From NCBI GenBank assembly GCA_963558405.1, contig CAUWGC010000001.1, positions 100,718 through 164,717 of the forward strand: a DNA stretch of 64,000 bases, in the 5' to 3' direction. The notes under the pieces were generated by a model. It did no database searches, was not told the DNA's origin, and saw only the letters and a list, made by a program, of their open reading frames with translations. The stretch comes from an uncultured Clostridia bacterium. GTDB lineage: Bacteria > Bacillota > Clostridia > TANB77 > CAG-508. This document shows, piece by piece, positions 59,762 to 64,000 of the stretch. The stretch's first letter is position 1; each line of letters opens with the position of its first letter. A program made the translations under genes and the position numbers.

Positions 59762-62101
59762 ATGATGACAATGCTTATTTCGTGCAACCTACTTAATGAA
59801 TTTATTTCTTCCGAAAAGCCAATTGATTGGTTGAATATTTGGAATAAATTCACAATGACTACTGCTGAGGTCGAAAATGTAGAAGTAAAAGGAAAAAATA
59901 TTTCTAATGTTATTATTTCAAAGGTAGAGGAGATTAAACAACATCCTCAAAATTTTAAATATTCAATATTGACATTAGATATTGGATCTAGAAATATTAA
60001 TGTTGTTACTTCTGCTCAAAATGCTTATGTAGGAATGGTTACGGCTTGTTGTGTTGTGGGTGGAAAAATCAATAACAATACTGTTAAGGAAGTAGAATTT
60101 CTTGGAGTTAGAAGTGAAGGAGTTTGTCTTTCTGAATATGAGTTAGATATTTCAGATGACAATTCAGGAATTATTGATTTGCCCAAAAACTATTCTATAG
60201 GTTCAAATATCAAGGAATATTTAAAGCTTGAAGATATAATTGTTGAAATAGACAATAAATCTTTAACTAATAGACCTGATCTTTGGGGACATTATGGAAT
60301 AGCACGAGAAATAACAGCTTTAACTAATACTAAGTTAAAGGAACTTCCTGTTTTAAAATTCAATAAGGAGGTAGAACAACAAAAAGATAAAATTACTGTA
60401 GAGGTATGTGCAGATTGTGTTAATAGATATACAGCAGTAAAAGTTTCTGGACTTCATCAAAAAATTTCTGATATTAACATGAAAATAGTTTTGCATTATT
60501 GTGGTTATACATCAAACACATTAGCAGAGCTAATTGCAAATTATGTTACAATGGAATTGGGATTACCTATAGTTATTTTAAAAGGTGACAATGTTTCAAA
60601 CATAACTTTAAAGATGTTTGAAGAGAATGAAGTCAATAATTTAGGTATGAACGAAAACAATCTTATTGTTTATGGAAATGGAAAAATGATGGAGGTAGCA
60701 GGTGTTTGTACATTAGATGGTTATGCTGTTACCGATAATTGTGATTGCATAATCATTGAAGTGGCAAATTACGATGCATCAGTAATTAGAAAAAGCTCTA
60801 TTTCATTACACAATCGAAATGAGTCAAGTATTAGACATGAAAAAAGTCTTGATTCTGAGATGACTCTTTTAGCATTAGAAAGGTGCTTGTATTTATTAAA
60901 AGAAAAAAACAAAATATTAAATTTTGATTCTGCTATTACAGATATTTATCCTAATAAGCAGAAGAAAAATATAATAAAATTAACTTTTAAGAAATTAAAG
61001 AGTTATCTAGGATTTGAAATGAGTTCAGAAATGGTTTTATCTATTTTGGAATCACTTGGTATGGATGTAGAACTAAAAGAAGGGTATTATTTGATTACAG
61101 TACCTACTTACAGATCTACAAAGGATATAAAAAATGATGCTGATGTGATTGAAGAAATAACTAGAGTATATGGTTATGATAATTTTAAGCCACAGCCTTT
61201 AAAGTTAAACCTTGAAATCAAGCATGATGAAACTTCTGAATATCTTAAAGAGTATGAAATAAAGAGAATACTTGCTGAAAAGTATAATCTTCATGAAGTT
61301 AACACTTATATGTGGTACGATGATGACTTTTTAAGAAATGCAGGAATAGACAAATCAGATTGTGAAAAAATCATTAATAAACCTGCCAACAATTATATCA
61401 GAGATGAGTTGGGATTATCGGTTTTATCGGCGACAATTAAAAATGCTAAAAAGTTTTCTAGATTTGGTGTTTTTGAAATTGGAACGGTAAGTATTAATGA
61501 AAAGGTAAAAAGGCAATTAAGTATCATTTTGTGTGATTCCATAAAAAATGTATCAAATTCTTATATGGAAATGAAAAATATTATTCAATCAATTATAAGA
61601 ATTTGCACAAATTGTGATATTAGTTTTGTAGAAGATAAGCCTAATAATTCTTATATGGATATAAATACAGTAATTAGTGTTTATGTTGGAGAAATTTACA
61701 TTGGGCAAATCGGAATTGCAAATCTTAGTATTACTAAAAAGTATCATAAAACTTCGGCGATGGTTATTGCAAATATTTGTATGGACAGACTTAATGATAT
61801 TGAAAAGGTATGTCATGCTTATTGTAAACCATCAAAATATCCTTCTGTTTTCCTTGATTATACAATTTCTTTCTCAAAAAATGAGAAATATCAGAATTTG
61901 GAAAATGTTCTTTCAAAATATCAGTCTAATCTATTGAAATCTTATGATGTCATAGATGTATATGAAAAAGAAGATGAAAGAAAAATTACAATTCGAGTAA
62001 ATATTTCTCATGATGACAGAACTTTAAGAACAGAAGAAATAAAAGATTTTTCAGAAGATTTAGTTTCTTACCTAAAAGACCATTTTAAGGTAGAAGCGTG
62101 A
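59762..62101 (+). CDS. pheT: Phenylalanine--tRNA ligase beta subunit (divergent)
   Basis: DNKSLTNRPDLWGHYGIARE, VPTYRST.DI...ADVIEEITRVYGY, C-terminal anticodon-binding domain. Confidence 0.9.
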   Translation: MMTMLISCNLLNEFISSEKPIDWLNIWNKFTMTTAEVENVEVKGKNISNVIISKVEEIKQHPQNFKYSILTLDIGSRNINVVTSAQNAYVGMVTACCVVGGKINNNTVKEVEFLGVRSEGVCLSEYELDISDDNSGIIDLPKNYSIGSNIKEYLKLEDIIVEIDNKSLTNRPDLWGHYGIAREITALTNTKLKELPVLKFNKEVEQQKDKITVEVCADCVNRYTAVKVSGLHQKISDINMKIVLHYCGYTSNTLAELIANYVTMELGLPIVILKGDNVSNITLKMFEENEVNNLGMNENNLIVYGNGKMMEVAGVCTLDGYAVTDNCDCIIIEVANYDASVIRKSSISLHNRNESSIRHEKSLDSEMTLLALERCLYLLKEKNKILNFDSAITDIYPNKQKKNIIKLTFKKLKSYLGFEMSSEMVLSILESLGMDVELKEGYYLITVPTYRSTKDIKNDADVIEEITRVYGYDNFKPQPLKLNLEIKHDETSEYLKEYEIKRILAEKYNLHEVNTYMWYDDDFLRNAGIDKSDCEKIINKPANNYIRDELGLSVLSATIKNAKKFSRFGVFEIGTVSINEKVKRQLSIILCDSIKNVSNSYMEMKNIIQSIIRICTNCDISFVEDKPNNSYMDINTVISVYVGEIYIGQIGIANLSITKKYHKTSAMVIANICMDRLNDIEKVCHAYCKPSKYPSVFLDYTISFSKNEKYQNLENVLSKYQSNLLKSYDVIDVYEKEDERKITIRVNISHDDRTLRTEEIKDFSEDLVSYLKDHFKVEA

Positions 62102-62129
62102 AATATTCCTGTTAGGAATATAAAAATAA

Positions 62130-62169
62130 ATCGCTGTAAATTATTATTTTATTAATAATTTACAGCGAT
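62130..62169. repeat. 17-bp perfect inverted repeat
   Basis: ATCGCTGTAAATTATTA-6 nt-TAATAATTTACAGCGAT between pheT and the HIT-like gene. Confidence 0.8.
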
Positions 62170-62224
62170 AGAAAATAATCTGTATTAATGAAATAACAAT
62201 GTAATTACATGGAGGTAAATAATT

Positions 62225-62866
62225 ATGACACTTAAAAAAGTAGAAAACAATAAGAAAGAGTTACAATATATTGATGTTGATAGTAGAGCAGATTTTCCAC
62301 CAGTACCAGAAGGTATGCGTTATATTCATTTTTATGGAGGAGAAAAGAACTATCGGGCTTATATAGCGCCAGAAGATATTTCTAGAGCAGATTTTATGGA
62401 ACAATATCCACAATATGTTCCAGAACAAAATAGACCAATTTATGAAAATAATGGAATTATTGTGAGAGCAGACCCCAAATACCCATGTCCAGGATTCTAT
62501 ATTTTTGGACTAAGTAAAACTTATAGAGCATTTGACCTTTTGGATGATGTTACATTTCTCAGATATTCATTTATTCTAAAAAAAGCAAAAGAAGGAATGA
62601 GAAAGGTATTAGGTTTAAATTATGCACACCTACTTTCGAATGAAAAATCTGATGTGTTTGTAAATGTCCATTTCTGGCTTGTTCCAGTAGAAGGAACAAC
62701 TTCTCCAGATTTACTAGATTTTAATGTAAAGGAATATTTGAGTAGTTTTAAGCCAAGAGAGGAGATAGATAAAATTCTTGAATATAATGAAAAAATGAGA
62801 AAATATTTTGAAGAAATTGACTTAGTAAAACTAGATAACGAATTGAGTGCAAAGCTAACTGATTAA
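62225..62866 (+). CDS. HIT-like protein (degenerate triad)
   Basis: ADPKYPCPGFYIF and VNVHFWLVP parallel the 38698 HIT-like protein. Confidence 0.55.
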   Translation: MTLKKVENNKKELQYIDVDSRADFPPVPEGMRYIHFYGGEKNYRAYIAPEDISRADFMEQYPQYVPEQNRPIYENNGIIVRADPKYPCPGFYIFGLSKTYRAFDLLDDVTFLRYSFILKKAKEGMRKVLGLNYAHLLSNEKSDVFVNVHFWLVPVEGTTSPDLLDFNVKEYLSSFKPREEIDKILEYNEKMRKYFEEIDLVKLDNELSAKLTD

Positions 62867-62905
62867 AGTTTAGTGCTTTCAAAGATGGAGACGAGGTGAA
62901 TATAT

Positions 62906-63793
62906 ATGCATTTAAATGTTTTCGTTAGCCAAAGCTGTTTTGTACATTGTAAAGGATGCTATAGTTTTTCTCGGCAAGAAGAAAAAGGAAAGGTAGTACC
63001 AACAGAGAAGTTAATTGAATTTCTAGAGTTTGCATATAATTCTGGATGTCGTAAAATTACTCTTTGTGGAGGTGATCCTTTAGCTCGTGTAGATATTATT
63101 GAACTACTTGAAAAAATAAAAGAGATAGGCTTTTTTATTTCAATAGACACAGTTGGAAGTCCGATTATCAAAGACATAGTAAATGATAAGGGAATACCTA
63201 TAAAAAAAGTGGATTCTCAAAAACTTGCTAAACTTGTTGATGTTATTGGAATACCAATTGATGGTTCAACTAATGAAGTTTTCAAGTTGTTTAGACAGAC
63301 TAATGCAGATATCATTAATGATCAGCTTACTATATGTGAGAAATTAAATGAATTTCATGCACATATTTGTATTAATACTGTTGCACACAAGGGGAATTTG
63401 GATGACGCTTGTGAACTTGCAAAATTAATAAAACAGCTGGATTATATTGATAAATGGCAAGTCTTTCAGTATGAGCCATTAGGAAAATATGGTTTAAAGA
63501 ATAGAAAACTTTTTGAAATTACTGATAAGGAATTTTCAAATTTTCAATCAGAAGTTTTGGAGGTTTTTGACAATAACATTAGCAAATTACAGTTCAAATC
63601 ATCTCATAACAGAAAAAATGCTTATATGTTAATTGATAATTCTGGTAATGCATGGATTCCTGCTCATGAAAATATGTCATTAACTGAATATTCATATATT
63701 TTGAATGAAAATGTAATAATTGGCAATATTTACAATCGAAAAGATTGGTGTAGAATTTGTTCATATTTGGATAGAGATTTTTATTCAAATTAA
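62906..63793 (+). CDS. Radical SAM protein, viperin-like
   Basis: CFVHCKGC, KITLCGGDP, IGIPIDG, INTV, WQVFQY, YMLIDNSG. Confidence 0.75.
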   Translation: MHLNVFVSQSCFVHCKGCYSFSRQEEKGKVVPTEKLIEFLEFAYNSGCRKITLCGGDPLARVDIIELLEKIKEIGFFISIDTVGSPIIKDIVNDKGIPIKKVDSQKLAKLVDVIGIPIDGSTNEVFKLFRQTNADIINDQLTICEKLNEFHAHICINTVAHKGNLDDACELAKLIKQLDYIDKWQVFQYEPLGKYGLKNRKLFEITDKEFSNFQSEVLEVFDNNISKLQFKSSHNRKNAYMLIDNSGNAWIPAHENMSLTEYSYILNENVIIGNIYNRKDWCRICSYLDRDFYSN

Positions 63794-63868
63794 TAATTAC
63801 ATTAAATAACTTCAAATGTATGCATATTGGTAGTTCTTTAGACAAAATATTATGCTTTTTATAAAGCA

Positions 63869-63910
63869 GAAAAGAGTGTAGAAAAGTTTCTACGCTCTTT
63901 TCATTTTTTT
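63869..63910 (+). terminator. Intrinsic terminator
   Basis: AAAAGAGTGTAGAAA-AG-TTTCTACGCTCTTTT followed by T-run. Confidence 0.75.
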
Positions 63911-64000
63911 TATATTATATCGTTTATGTATTAAATCTTTGTTTATTTTAAGTTTCGGTATTTTTTGAAAATTTGCGGAATGTTATCCACAGAATTATGA

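Larger units (their letters stand above)
29679..64000 (+). mobile_element. Integrative conjugative element (left part); right end and recombinase lie beyond the window
   Basis: Relaxase, VirD4, VirB4, VirB6/VirB2-like, ArdC-like, RadC and MTase genes, all co-oriented, starting at the pilin break. Confidence 0.85.

Noticed and set aside
1613-63845. Many short opposite-strand or alternate-frame ORFs in the ORF track (e.g. 1613-1996, 5788-6267, 39248-39589, 58700-59038)
   Set aside because: Shadows of well-supported genes, with no SD or motifs.
1-64000. CRISPR array, rRNA, IS transposase or integrase
   Set aside because: No regularly spaced repeats or matching motifs seen; the integrase presumably lies beyond the window.

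Overview
Very AT-rich DNA from a spore-forming Clostridia-like firmicute. About 1-29.6 kb is core chromosome: sigK, rny-ymdB-spoVS, recA-recX-scpA, asp23-amaP-nusB-xseAB, fhs, sleB, prepilin peptidase, efp, tmRNA, a U32 peptidase, tRNA-Trp and recN. At about 29,678 a type IV pilin gene breaks off inside its conserved N-terminal helix. From there a conjugative element (ICE-like, right end outside the window) runs to the end. It carries RadC/JAB, MetK, DUF3560, a candidate oriT, RHH protein and MobP3-type relaxase, VirD4/VirB2/VirB6/VirB4, a DNA methyltransferase, sortase plus thioester adhesin, and an ArdC-like protein. Its cargo includes pheS-pheT, HIT-like proteins and a viperin-like radical SAM enzyme. 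Main discovery: six genes that look broken (fhs, virD4 at three sites, virB6-like, a Gly-tailed T4SS gene at two sites, virB4, adhesin) are all repaired by one rule. An in-frame CGG is read as C-skip plus GGN (CGGN = Gly, a +1 shift). By manual scan these nine sites are the only in-frame CGG codons in core and ICE-backbone genes. This points to a codon-specific +1 recoding or quadruplet-like decoding system, though a systematic sequencing artefact must be excluded. All analysis was by eye; no database searches were run.
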